DNA of 64,000 nucleotides from a virus: IMG/VR virus record IMGVR_UViG_3300013126_004149, positions 6,369 to 70,368 of that record; one strand, 5' to 3'. Shown piece by piece: positions 22,507 to 31,652 of this stretch (position 1 is its first letter; each line of letters starts with the position of its first letter). The notes under the pieces were generated by a model. It saw only the letters and a program-made list of their open reading frames with translations, ran no database searches and was not told where the DNA came from. The position numbers and the translations under genes were made by a program.

Positions 22507-22686
22507 TTAATTCATCAATAATTTATCTAATAAATTATTTCTTTTTATAGGTAAAATCTGAGATTCTAAATAGGATATTATATCTATCCCATTTTTTATA
22601 TGGTTATATATGTTTGTCGCATTTAAATCTAATTTGATTCCCTTATAAATAACCATATCATTTGCATCAAATAATAAATTTTTCAT
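22507..22686 (-). CDS. Small hypothetical protein (59 aa, absent from the ORF track)
   Basis: Read manually as MKNLLFDANDMVIYKG...KRNNLLDKLLMN*. It has a TATATA motif upstream, and its end resembles the recurrent RxxKIxxIL motif. Confidence 0.55.
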   Translation of the reverse strand: MKNLLFDANDMVIYKGIKLDLNATNIYNHIKNGIDIISYLESQILPIKRNNLLDKLLMN

Positions 22687-22710
22687 AATAGTATATATAA
22701 AATAACTAAC

Positions 22711-23063
22711 CTATAAATTGACTTTTATTATTTTATATGGATATTTCCTTTTAATATAAAAAGATTGTCTTTCTAAATAGTGTCTGTAAAGAGCGTTTCC
22801 TAAATCATCTTTTTTAAATATGTCTACTAAATCAAAAATATTTACTTTATCTTTATCTGAATGTAGACGAAGACCCCTCCCTATTGATTGAATTATAATT
22901 TGTTCAGATTTAAATGAGTCTGCAAAAATAACATTGAATATTGCTCGTATGCTCACTCCTGTACTTAGTGTACCTTACTCCCTGGGGCTCAGTAAGAGGC
23001 GACTAAAACTTTAGTCGCCCCTTCTTCCCTAATTTCTTTTCTTTTATCTACTATTCTAGCCAT
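22711..23063 (-). CDS. uvsW: UvsW-like helicase fragment 3 (motifs V-VI), interrupted by a 17-nt insert at 22975..22991
   Basis: ATG at 23063 gives MARIVDKRKEIREEGATKVLVASY then TGA. After 17 nt the frame resumes GTLSTGVSIRAIFNVIFA...QSIGRGLR, which restores the UvsW VASYG.LSTG motif. Confidence 0.85.
22975..22991 (-). other. Candidate translational-bypass coding gap in uvsW
   Basis: TAC|TGAGCCCCAGGGAGTAA|GGT. It is flanked by a 14-bp inverted repeat (22994..23023) and a CTTACT/AGTAAG stem. Confidence 0.65.
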
Positions 23064-23074
23064 TTTAATAGTTT

Positions 23075-23866
23075 TTATTTATTTTTTCTGATTTTATCAA
23101 TAAAATTATCATCAATATCATCATTTTCATCAATATCTGAAGCCATCTTCCACTCACCATTTGAAAGTAAAATTTTAAAGTCAGATCTAACATCTATTGT
23201 ATAATCTCCAAAATTAAGTATTGTATATTCAACTTCTTTTTTGGTTATTTCCATTTGTTTTTTAATCTCTTCTCTTTTTCTACCACTAACTTCACCATCA
23301 ATATAGTAAAATTCTTTATCTGGTATTTCGGCACTCAACTTATTAAATATTTTTTGCCCATTTTCAATTGTGTGGAATAAAAGTAGAGTGTTATTATCAC
23401 ATTTTTGAACTAACTTTTTTATAAACTCCAACCTCTTATCTGATTGGTGGATATACATCTTTTCAAAATCAAATGCTGCTTTACCATCACCACCCTTTCT
23501 TATTATTTTCAATCTTTCATGAAATTCAGAATCTTCGTGGTTCATTAAAACCACTTTTATCTCCATTGGAGTTATTATTCCCTTTTTCTTCAATTCATCA
23601 GCAGTAACCTCTGTTATTTTTGGACCTAAAACTGATTGTATTGTTAATATCTCACAAGTATCATCTGGTGGAGTTGTTCCACTTACGCCGAATCTAGAAT
23701 AGGCATGTCCAAATGTATTCTCTAAAATATTAATATATGTTTTAGCTTTGGCTTGGTGACAATTACTAACACATAATCCATCTGCAAAGTAATTATGATT
23801 ATCTTTTATTCTTAAATTATAGACATCTCCGTCATATTTTATTTTTTCAATTTTATTAATTTTCAT
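23075..23866 (-). CDS. uvsW: UvsW-like helicase fragment 2: split-intein C-half (35 aa), helicase motifs II-IV and an intein-like tail
   Basis: Begins MKINKIEKIKYDGDVYNLRIKDNHNYFADGLCVSN|CHQ (intein blocks F/G, +1 Cys), followed by RFGVSGT and FYYIDGEV. Confidence 0.9.
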   Translation of the reverse strand: MKINKIEKIKYDGDVYNLRIKDNHNYFADGLCVSNCHQAKAKTYINILENTFGHAYSRFGVSGTTPPDDTCEILTIQSVLGPKITEVTADELKKKGIITPMEIKVVLMNHEDSEFHERLKIIRKGGDGKAAFDFEKMYIHQSDKRLEFIKKLVQKCDNNTLLLFHTIENGQKIFNKLSAEIPDKEFYYIDGEVSGRKREEIKKQMEITKKEVEYTILNFGDYTIDVRSDFKILLSNGEWKMASDIDENDDIDDNFIDKIRKNK

Positions 23867-24691
23867 CTATTTGTATCTTTTTATTTTTCTGATAATATTT
23901 TCTTTATCTGGTTGTTCATCTAATTTATGAATATTATTTTCAAAGTTTTCTAATATCCATTTTTCAGTTATATACTCATATTTGAATCCATTTATCGAAC
24001 ACCATTCTTTGGCATATTTACTTTTTATTTTATTTTTTTCTAAATTTATTGAAGAATTTGGTTTTATTTCATATAATATTTTGTTTTCACAATCAATGAA
24101 ATCTACTATGTAATTATGATTTTTATTTTTGAATTTATATGGAATTACAATATCTTCATATTTTAAATTTAAATTGCAAATGTGAAAAAATGCTTCCCAT
24201 GATGATCTATATTTTATTATTTCCCCATTTATTGTTAGATAAGAAAATCCTTTATGCCAACTATTTGTTATATTTGGTTTGAATTCACCATTTTTAATTT
24301 TTTCTATCATTATTTGTGAGTTTTTATTACACATAGATTTAAATGATTCATCACTCATTCTATGACATGTGTTATTTTCTCCTCTTTGACGAATTGATAT
24401 ATGTTTTTTATAACATTCGTATGAACAATATTTTTTAAAACCGAAGTCTGTTCTATTATTATTTCTAATCCCTATAAATTCTCTTTTATTTGTACATCCG
24501 GATATTAGACATGTATCATCTATATTTTTAAGATATTTAACAACATTTGATATTGTGATATCAAAGTTGAATTTTATATCATTTTTATTCAAGAATGATA
24601 TTAATCTATCTTCTTTTTTACTTGAATTAAATATAGAAAACCTATTTTTATATATTAAATCGTATATATAATCTTTTTGACTTTGTTCCAT
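23867..24691 (-). mobile_element. Free-standing homing endonuclease (TnsA-like PD-(D/E)xK with N-terminal Cys/Zn motif) between the split-intein halves
   Basis: YRSSWE...YEDIVIPY...HNYIVDF...LYEIKP; its stop codon abuts the ATG of fragment 2. Confidence 0.75.
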
Positions 24692-24708
24692 GAGACTACA
24701 TTTTTTAT

Positions 24709-25806
24709 TTATATATTTAAATTGAAATCTAATATATCGTCATATTCATTCAACTCATCAACTCTTTTCCATTCACCATTAACTAAACGAACTTTATGGT
24801 TGCCGGTTATGCGAATTTTTTGACCATTTTCCATAGTTAATAAAAATATTTCATCGGTATTTGTCAAGTTTTTATAGACATATTCAACCTCCTTATTCTC
24901 AATTAAATTTGTTGTTTCGTTTATAGTCTTAACAAAGTCACCAATTTTAACATCGGATATTTTTTTAGTACTACCATCTGCCATATTTATCAATGTGTCT
25001 GGATGAAGACATTCGTCTGTAATGACTGTATGAAATTGTTTAAAGAAATCTTTCGGCCATTTCTCAAGTGATTGATAGGTGCCAATATAAACATTTGGAT
25101 TTTCAGTTCCTGTATATTTTCTTGGTCTATCAGACATAACTTCTTCAACTCTTACCTCACATGGTCCCATATCACCATCTAATAATTGAGATAGTTTATT
25201 ATCTCTCATTTGTTCTAATGTATTAACACCATAATTATATTCAACTATGTTATCGTAAAATTGCGTAACTAACGTAATAGATGGTACTATAATAAGAAAC
25301 TTAGCATCTGGTTTAATCTTTTTTAAAGTGTAAAACATTACAATAGATATAATCAATGATTTACCACCTGATGTTGCAACTTCAGCCATACAAAATCTAT
25401 TTTTAAGTATTCTATATGCTGCGTCTATTTGATGATCGTAAGGCATGAATGGTATCCATTGCCCTTCTCCATTTTTAACTTTATGGTTTTTAAAGAATTC
25501 TTTACAAAAATTTTGTACATCTTCTAATGTTATATCTCTGTTTATTGGAAAATCTTCTTTATTTTCTATTTGAAAAGAGACTTCTATTTCTTTACATCCT
25601 TTAAGAGCTTCTCTCCAAAGACCAAGATTTATTCTCCCATTTCTAAAATATGATTTTTTACCATCCCAAACTCCCATTTTCACGGCAGGTTGAAATCTCC
25701 AACCTTTAACGTGGCGTGTCAACCAAAGTTCCATTTGGTGGTATTCTATTCGAGTTGCTTCTGATACAACTAACTCTTCTTTAATCTTATCATATCTAAA
25801 CTTCAT
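24709..25806 (-). CDS. uvsW: UvsW-like SF2 helicase fragment 1 plus split-intein N-half (100 aa, 25011..24712)
   Basis: WDGK, PYDHQ, Walker A ATSGGKS, IIVPSITLVTQ and VITDE|CLHPDTLINMADG (intein block A)...ITGNH (block B). Confidence 0.92.
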   Translation of the reverse strand: MKFRYDKIKEELVVSEATRIEYHQMELWLTRHVKGWRFQPAVKMGVWDGKKSYFRNGRINLGLWREALKGCKEIEVSFQIENKEDFPINRDITLEDVQNFCKEFFKNHKVKNGEGQWIPFMPYDHQIDAAYRILKNRFCMAEVATSGGKSLIISIVMFYTLKKIKPDAKFLIIVPSITLVTQFYDNIVEYNYGVNTLEQMRDNKLSQLLDGDMGPCEVRVEEVMSDRPRKYTGTENPNVYIGTYQSLEKWPKDFFKQFHTVITDECLHPDTLINMADGSTKKISDVKIGDFVKTINETTNLIENKEVEYVYKNLTNTDEIFLLTMENGQKIRITGNHKVRLVNGEWKRVDELNEYDDILDFNLNI

Positions 25807-25914
25807 TTCATGTTATATTATATTTAATTGGTTTTGTTTTTTTTATAAAAAGATTGATTTTTTTTCGGAGGGAGAGTTATATAATGTATATATAATAAAA
25901 AAATAATAAAAAAT

Positions 25915-26235
25915 ATGAGTTTAATATCATGGTTTAAAAACCTTTTTAAGTCTGAAGTATCAGAAGTTAAATCTGAGGTAAAGGTTGAAGCTGTTGTTGA
26001 AGAAACAAAAGTTGAAGCTGTTGTTGAAGAGGTTAAAACTGAAGAAACTCAACCAATTGTTGATAGATTAGTTGAGGTTTCAGAGAAAAAGGTAACTGCT
26101 AAAGAGATTAAATCTAAATCTCCGAAAAAAGAAACTAAGTCTGAGGTTAAAACAGAAGGTGATGTTGTTGAAGCAAAACCTAAAAAGCCAAGGAGAAAGA
26201 AATCGGCTTCTAACCCAAAGTCGAAACCTGAGTAA
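25915..26235 (+). CDS. Low-complexity Glu/Lys-rich hypothetical protein with a basic tail
   Basis: KVEAVVEE repeat and a KPKKPRRKK C-terminus. Confidence 0.65.
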   Translation: MSLISWFKNLFKSEVSEVKSEVKVEAVVEETKVEAVVEEVKTEETQPIVDRLVEVSEKKVTAKEIKSKSPKKETKSEVKTEGDVVEAKPKKPRRKKSASNPKSKPE

Positions 26236-26254
26236 TTTGTATATTACCGTAAAT

Positions 26255-26283
26255 AAAAAACCACTCATTTGAGTGGTTTTTTT
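26255..26283. terminator. Bidirectional intrinsic terminator
   Basis: AAAAAACCACTC-ATTT-GAGTGGTTTTTTT between convergent genes. Confidence 0.85.
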
Positions 26284-26300
26284 ATTTTATGAAGTTTTAG

Positions 26301-27284
26301 TTAAGAAACTAAACTAAAATTTTCTACAATTATATCAACAATTTCTTGTCCAATTCTATCTTGAGCTTCATTTGTAGCAGCTCCGATATGTGGTGTTGAT
26401 AAAATATTAGGATGTGATAATAACTCTTTCATTGGAGTTGGCTCATTTTCAAACACATCTAATGCTGCTCCAGCAACTTTACCATTATTTAAATATTCAA
26501 TCAATTCTACTTCATTAACTACTCCACCTCTTGATGTATTGATAATTCTAACACCATCTTTCATCATTTCAAACTCTCTTTTACTAAAAACAGAATTTCC
26601 ATTTGATTGTTTAGGAACGTGTAATGAAATATAATCACATATTGGTAAAATCTCATCAATATTTGTTTTAACATTAATGGAATAAGAGTGGTGATTTTGA
26701 ACTTGTTCTCCGGTGGATGATGTCCAATTAATACTCATTGGTATATAAACTTTTTTATCTTCAATGTCAATAGCTACTACTTTCATACCAATACCAAGTG
26801 CGTAAGAAGCTAAAGTTTGTCCAATTCTTCCAAATCCAACAATACCTAAAGTTTTACCTCTTAATTCAACACCTGTTCCGTATTCTTTTTTAAGTTTATT
26901 AAAGTCTCCGTTTTCAATATTCTTAGCTGACTTTCCAATAAATCTTGAAATAGCAAACATATTACCGATTACTAATTCAGCAACTGATTGTGATGAAGAT
27001 GCTGGTGTGTTAAAAACGAAAACTCCTTTTTCTCTAGCATAGTCAACATCAATATTATCAACACCTACTCCACCTCTACCAATAAATTTGATGTTAGGAC
27101 AACCATCAATAATATCTTTTCTAATTTTAGTTGCACTTCTAACTAAAATACCTTCATAATTTTCTTCATTGATTTTAGTTATTAAGTCTTCCTGGTTTAC
27201 TTTTTCTGTAATTACTGTGTAGCCTTTTTCTTCTAATTGAATTTTAGCTTCGTTTGAAATTCCATCATTCGCTAATATTTTCAT
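26301..27284 (-). CDS. serA: D-3-phosphoglycerate dehydrogenase / D-2-hydroxyacid dehydrogenase
   Basis: MKILANDGIS, GRGGVGVDNID, GIVGFGRIG, INTSRGGVV, ALDVFENEP, TPHIGAAT. Confidence 0.88.
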   Translation of the reverse strand: MKILANDGISNEAKIQLEEKGYTVITEKVNQEDLITKINEENYEGILVRSATKIRKDIIDGCPNIKFIGRGGVGVDNIDVDYAREKGVFVFNTPASSSQSVAELVIGNMFAISRFIGKSAKNIENGDFNKLKKEYGTGVELRGKTLGIVGFGRIGQTLASYALGIGMKVVAIDIEDKKVYIPMSINWTSSTGEQVQNHHSYSINVKTNIDEILPICDYISLHVPKQSNGNSVFSKREFEMMKDGVRIINTSRGGVVNEVELIEYLNNGKVAGAALDVFENEPTPMKELLSHPNILSTPHIGAATNEAQDRIGQEIVDIIVENFSLVS

Positions 27285-28041
27285 AATTTAAATTTTTATT
27301 TTTTAATAATTCTATAGATTTATTATAGTGATTTGTATCTATTTCTGATCCTATAAAGTTTAGTTTATTTTTAAAACATGCTCTTGCTGTTGTTCCAATT
27401 CCCATAAATGGATCATAAATTAAACTCCCCTCAGGGAAATAAATATTAATAAGTTTTGTAACAAGGTCTTCTGAATATGTTGCTTTTAATTTTGTTTTAA
27501 TGCCATCGTTATTTTTAGCATCTATTAAGTTAACATAATTCTTATAAAACTTTTGTCCTGTTTTTTCGTTTATTTTGCTAATCTTTTTATTAGCTTTAAA
27601 GTCGTGAAGGTGTTTTTTCTTAACAATAACATATATTTGTTCGCAAATTCTAGATAGTTTAGTAGGACTTGTCTGAAAAGGTAGTGATGTTGATTTCTTC
27701 CAAGTTATCATATCTGCTAATGTTAAATCTGTCTCTTGGTGAATTCTAGTCATTAAGAGAGTTGGTAATATTGGGTTTTCATTATGATATGAAAGATTAT
27801 AACATATTACACCTCTATCATTTAAAATTCTAGAAAACTCTTTAAATTCAGCAACTCTGATATCTAAATACTCGTTTTCTGGGAGACCATCTAATTGCGA
27901 ATACCCATTATCATAATAGGTATCTTTTCTCTTTGTACTTATATTATATGGTGGACTAGTTATTACCCCATCAACAGTACCATCTAATATTCTATACATG
28001 GTTAAAATATTACTTTCATTATAAATTCTATTATTTTCCAT
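27265..28041 (-). CDS. DNA methyltransferase, N4-C/N6-A beta class
   Basis: TSPPY (motif IV) precedes DPFMGIGTT (motif I). Confidence 0.88.
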   Translation of the reverse strand: MENNRIYNESNILTMYRILDGTVDGVITSPPYNISTKRKDTYYDNGYSQLDGLPENEYLDIRVAEFKEFSRILNDRGVICYNLSYHNENPILPTLLMTRIHQETDLTLADMITWKKSTSLPFQTSPTKLSRICEQIYVIVKKKHLHDFKANKKISKINEKTGQKFYKNYVNLIDAKNNDGIKTKLKATYSEDLVTKLINIYFPEGSLIYDPFMGIGTTARACFKNKLNFIGSEIDTNHYNKSIELLKNKNLNYENISE

Positions 28042-28480
28042 TTAATATATTGTCTATTTTTTTATTTCTTGTTTCTCTAACGATTGCTGGTAAGTCATCC
28101 AAAACAGCAAATCTAAAGAGAATTTCATCTTTTTGTAGATAATCATCTGGTTGAATTGACAAATTATATATTATAAAAGAATTGAATTTATATTCTTCAC
28201 TATTTATAATATTAATTAAGCTAACAATATCATTAGTTTTAATAGTAGCCGTTGATGTTGATTTTGAAAGTCCATCTTTTGTTTTATATTCAAATGATGG
28301 TGATGGTGTAATATGACTAAACTTATCCCATGTTTTATCAAAAAAGTCAGATAGTAATACACTATTAATTGGCTTTGATTGTCGAGATGAAACTAATGAG
28401 CTTTGATTTTTATTGATTAAATCAAAAATTAATGTTTTTATTCTCTCATCTTTGTCTAAATATGATATATCGTTTAACAT
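28031..28480 (-). CDS. Hypothetical protein with C-terminal RNKKIDNIL motif
   Basis: 149-aa ORF in an operon-like run. Confidence 0.6.
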   Translation of the reverse strand: MLNDISYLDKDERIKTLIFDLINKNQSSLVSSRQSKPINSVLLSDFFDKTWDKFSHITPSPSFEYKTKDGLSKSTSTATIKTNDIVSLINIINSEEYKFNSFIIYNLSIQPDDYLQKDEILFRFAVLDDLPAIVRETRNKKIDNILNGK

Positions 28481-28484
28481 AAGA

Positions 28485-29354
28485 TTACTTTCTATTTTTT
28501 CCTAAAAAGGTGTACCAATCAATCCAATTCTCCAATCTATGAACATTTATCAATAAATTATTAGACTTTGCAAATTCAATCCATTTCAAACGTGAATTTA
28601 TTCCATTTTTCTTTGATATATCAGAGTATTCTGATAGTGTTAAATTATGATATCTACCTAACTTCCATCCATTTTTTAAATATCTATCTAAATCTGTATT
28701 TTTAATATATTTCTGTTCCAAATCTTTAGATATCCATTTTTTATCCAAATGTATGTTGCTACCAAATATCCATCCATTTTTTAAGTACTCTTTGACTTCT
28801 TCTTCTTTTATATATTTTATTTCACCATTCTTAATAACCCATCTACTACCTGTTAATGTTTCTGATATTTTATTTTTAATATCATCCATTTTATATATTT
28901 TTGTAATATATTCTTTTACCTTTGCTGTTTTATAGTTATCTCTCTCTTTGCGAGTTTTAACCATTTTAATAGCGGCTCTTTGAAAATGATTCAATCCATT
29001 CTCATCAATATCATTGAGTCTATTCTCAACAGATTTTTTGTGATATCCACCATAAGATTCATTTGTTCTATTATAAAAAGAATCATTGTTTTCAACATCA
29101 TACTTTATTAGATACTCTTTTTCTATTCTTCTTATTTCAGAATATTCTGAAACTAAGTGATATGATAGAATTTTTCTTTCAAAATCATTTGGCCTTTCTT
29201 TATATTCTTTTTTAATATCTATACCACCAAATAAATAACCATCATTAACTTCACCATAATGTGAACCAATATAAAATTTATTTAATCCTCTATCGAACCA
29301 TTGGTAGATAAAAGAATTGTAATAATTACCTTCTTCATTTATAAATTTTTCCAT
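28485..29354 (-). mobile_element. GIY-YIG (Seg-like) free-standing homing endonuclease
   Basis: FIYQW...KFYIGSH...GY...E...FYN, plus repeated YLKNGW..G DNA-binding-type modules. Confidence 0.8.
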
Positions 29355-29392
29355 ATAGTATATATAAAATATTCATCAACCTATCATAGTAT

Positions 29393-30070
29393 TTATTTTC
29401 TATTTTGTATGATTTCATCTATTAATCCATATTTCTTTGCATCATTTGAATTCAACCAATAGTCTCTCTCGCTGTCTTTATAAACTTTGTCATATGTCTG
29501 TCCGGTTTTTTCTGAAATTATTTCGTATAATTCTTTCTTCAAAGAATTTATCTCTTTTGCCTCGATTTCTATATCGGTTGCTTGAGAGTACCCGCTATAC
29601 GTACTCGGTTGGTGGATCATGGTCCTGCTTCTTCTGAGAGCTTTTCTTTTACCCTTTGTTCCAGAGCAAAGAATAACTGCTGCCATCGAAGCAGCTAACC
29701 CGGTGTTAACTGTTACGATATCAGGCTTAACGAAGTCCATAACATCTAATAATCCTAGACCAGAGTAAACACTACCACCCCCTGAATCAATATAAATTTT
29801 AATATCTTTATCGCTTTCCAATTCTAAGAAAAGAAGTTGAGCTTTAATTAGATTGCATGTATAATCATCTACTTCTGTTGAAAGAAAAATAATTCTATCA
29901 TCTAAAAGTTTAGAAAAGACATCAACTTGCATTCCATTTCCTTCGATAAGGAGTGATGTATTATTGTTTTGGACTCTTTTATTTACTACTTTAAAATAAT
30001 CATCAAAAACACTACTAGATACATTATTATCTCTCATATGAGATTTTAACATTCTTTCTATTCTATTCAT
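29393..30070 (-). CDS. clpP: ATP-dependent Clp protease proteolytic subunit
   Basis: DVFSKLLDDRIIFL, YIDSGGGSV, GLAASMAA (Ser), MIHQP (His), ERDYW (Asp). Confidence 0.93.
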   Translation of the reverse strand: MNRIERMLKSHMRDNNVSSSVFDDYFKVVNKRVQNNNTSLLIEGNGMQVDVFSKLLDDRIIFLSTEVDDYTCNLIKAQLLFLELESDKDIKIYIDSGGGSVYSGLGLLDVMDFVKPDIVTVNTGLAASMAAVILCSGTKGKRKALRRSRTMIHQPSTYSGYSQATDIEIEAKEINSLKKELYEIISEKTGQTYDKVYKDSERDYWLNSNDAKKYGLIDEIIQNRK

Positions 30071-30182
30071 TTTGTATCTTTTTTACTTTTTTATAAATAA
30101 GTGGTATAAAAGTTTTAATATATAAATAACCAAAAAATAGTTTTTGGAAAATAATATATATACAAAAAATAAATTAAAAATT

Positions 30183-30512
30183 ATGAAAACTACTGTAGAA
30201 GTTAATGGATATGAAATCGTAATCGAAGAAAACGATGGATTAATCACTGTATCAGCAATGAAAGATGATGAAGTTGTTGAAGAATTTGAATTAGAATCTG
30301 GTGAAGAGTCTGGTGAAGAGTCTGAAGAAGGTGAAGATGTTCAAGATTTTGATTCTTTTGGACAAGACGAAGAAGAAGAATTTGAAGGTGATGATGAAGA
30401 AGAGTTTGAAGACGAAGATTCTGAAGAAAATGAAGAAGAGTTTGAAGACGAAGAAGATAATAATGAAGTTAAATTAGAATCTTTTCAATCTTTTATCAAT
30501 AAAAGAAAATAA
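30183..30512 (+). CDS. Highly acidic protein (scaffold/core or DNA-mimic candidate)
   Basis: Probable start is ATG 30183. Long D/E tract with EEEFED repeats; ends KLESFQSFINKRK. Confidence 0.65.
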   Translation: MKTTVEVNGYEIVIEENDGLITVSAMKDDEVVEEFELESGEESGEESEEGEDVQDFDSFGQDEEEEFEGDDEEEFEDEDSEENEEEFEDEEDNNEVKLESFQSFINKRK

Positions 30513-30516
30513 TAAT

Positions 30517-30912
30517 ATGAAATTTGTAAAAACTTTTGAAGAGTTAAATCCTGAAGTTTATAGAAAGGTTGCTGATATTAGAGAAGGTGATGGTGATCCT
30601 TATATGACAGTTGATGATTTAAGAAAACACGCTGATTTAATTGAGGATAAATCTCGTGTAATTTTAAATGATATAAGAGAGGGAAGACGAACTTCAAAGT
30701 TAACAAAAAATGAGAGGAATTTACTAATTGATTATGGGATTTGGTGGTTAAAGTATGAATATACAAATTTGAAGTATAATGATTCGAATGAGCATATACA
30801 TGCTGTTGGTTATTGCCCAAGATGTAGTAAGTATGTAGTTTTATCCACCGAATTAGGTGGGGTTAAAGTTATACCACAATGTCATCTTTGTTTTGTTAAA
30901 AATAAATCTTAA
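30517..30912 (+). CDS. Hypothetical protein with C-terminal Zn ribbon
   Basis: CPRC...CHLC; starts MKFVKTFEEL. Confidence 0.6.
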   Translation: MKFVKTFEELNPEVYRKVADIREGDGDPYMTVDDLRKHADLIEDKSRVILNDIREGRRTSKLTKNERNLLIDYGIWWLKYEYTNLKYNDSNEHIHAVGYCPRCSKYVVLSTELGGVKVIPQCHLCFVKNKS

Positions 30913-30915
30913 AGA

Positions 30916-31650
30916 ATGTTAATAGATAATGAAATTAATATTAGAATAAATAATTTAAATAGGGATATTTATCCAAATAATAATTATGGTGAATATATAA
31001 ATATAAATATAAAAGATTTACCTATCGGTAGTGGTATTTTAGTTAATGTTAAGTGTGATTTTTGTGATTTTATTAAAAAAATTCAATATAGAAAATATGT
31101 TAAAAATACTAAAAACTTCACGGTAGAATATTCTTGTTCTAATAAATGTTCAATATCAAAATATAGAAAAACATGTTTAGATAGATATGGTGTAGATAAT
31201 ACTACAAAATTACCAGAAAACTTAGAAAAGATGAAAAAAACATGTTTAGATAGATATGGTGTGGATAACCCATTAAAAGATGAGTTTATAAAAAATAAAG
31301 TAGTTACATCAAGAATTAAAAATGGTAAAAGTTCAGGTAAAGTTTCTGAATATTCTAAGTTTAGGAATAAATGTAGAAATATAACTTTTTCAAAAAAGAA
31401 AGAATTATTATCTCTCTGGGATGGATATGATTATTATGATGGTGAATATATAGGTAATAATTGGGGAAAATCCCCTTTAGATGCAAATTATCCTACAATT
31501 GAACATAAGATATCAATATTAGAAGGATTTTTAAATAAAATAGACATTAACATAATATGTGATATTAATAATCTGTGTTTTTGTAAAAGATCTATAAATT
31601 CATCTCTAAATTCTCTGACTTTTGGTGAAAAATTAAAAAAAAATGAATAA
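30916..31650 (+). mobile_element. Homing endonuclease-like protein (KTCLxRYGVDN repeats, HNH-like C-terminus)
   Basis: CDFC, two KTCLDRYGVDN repeats and YPTIEHKIS...NLC...INS; paralog of 43484..44584. Confidence 0.6.
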
Positions 31651-31652
31651 AT

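Noticed and set aside
22975-22991. Selenocysteine/SECIS or UGA readthrough (UGA followed by a hairpin)
   Set aside because: Both inserts change frame, and in-frame readthrough does not reach the conserved downstream motifs.
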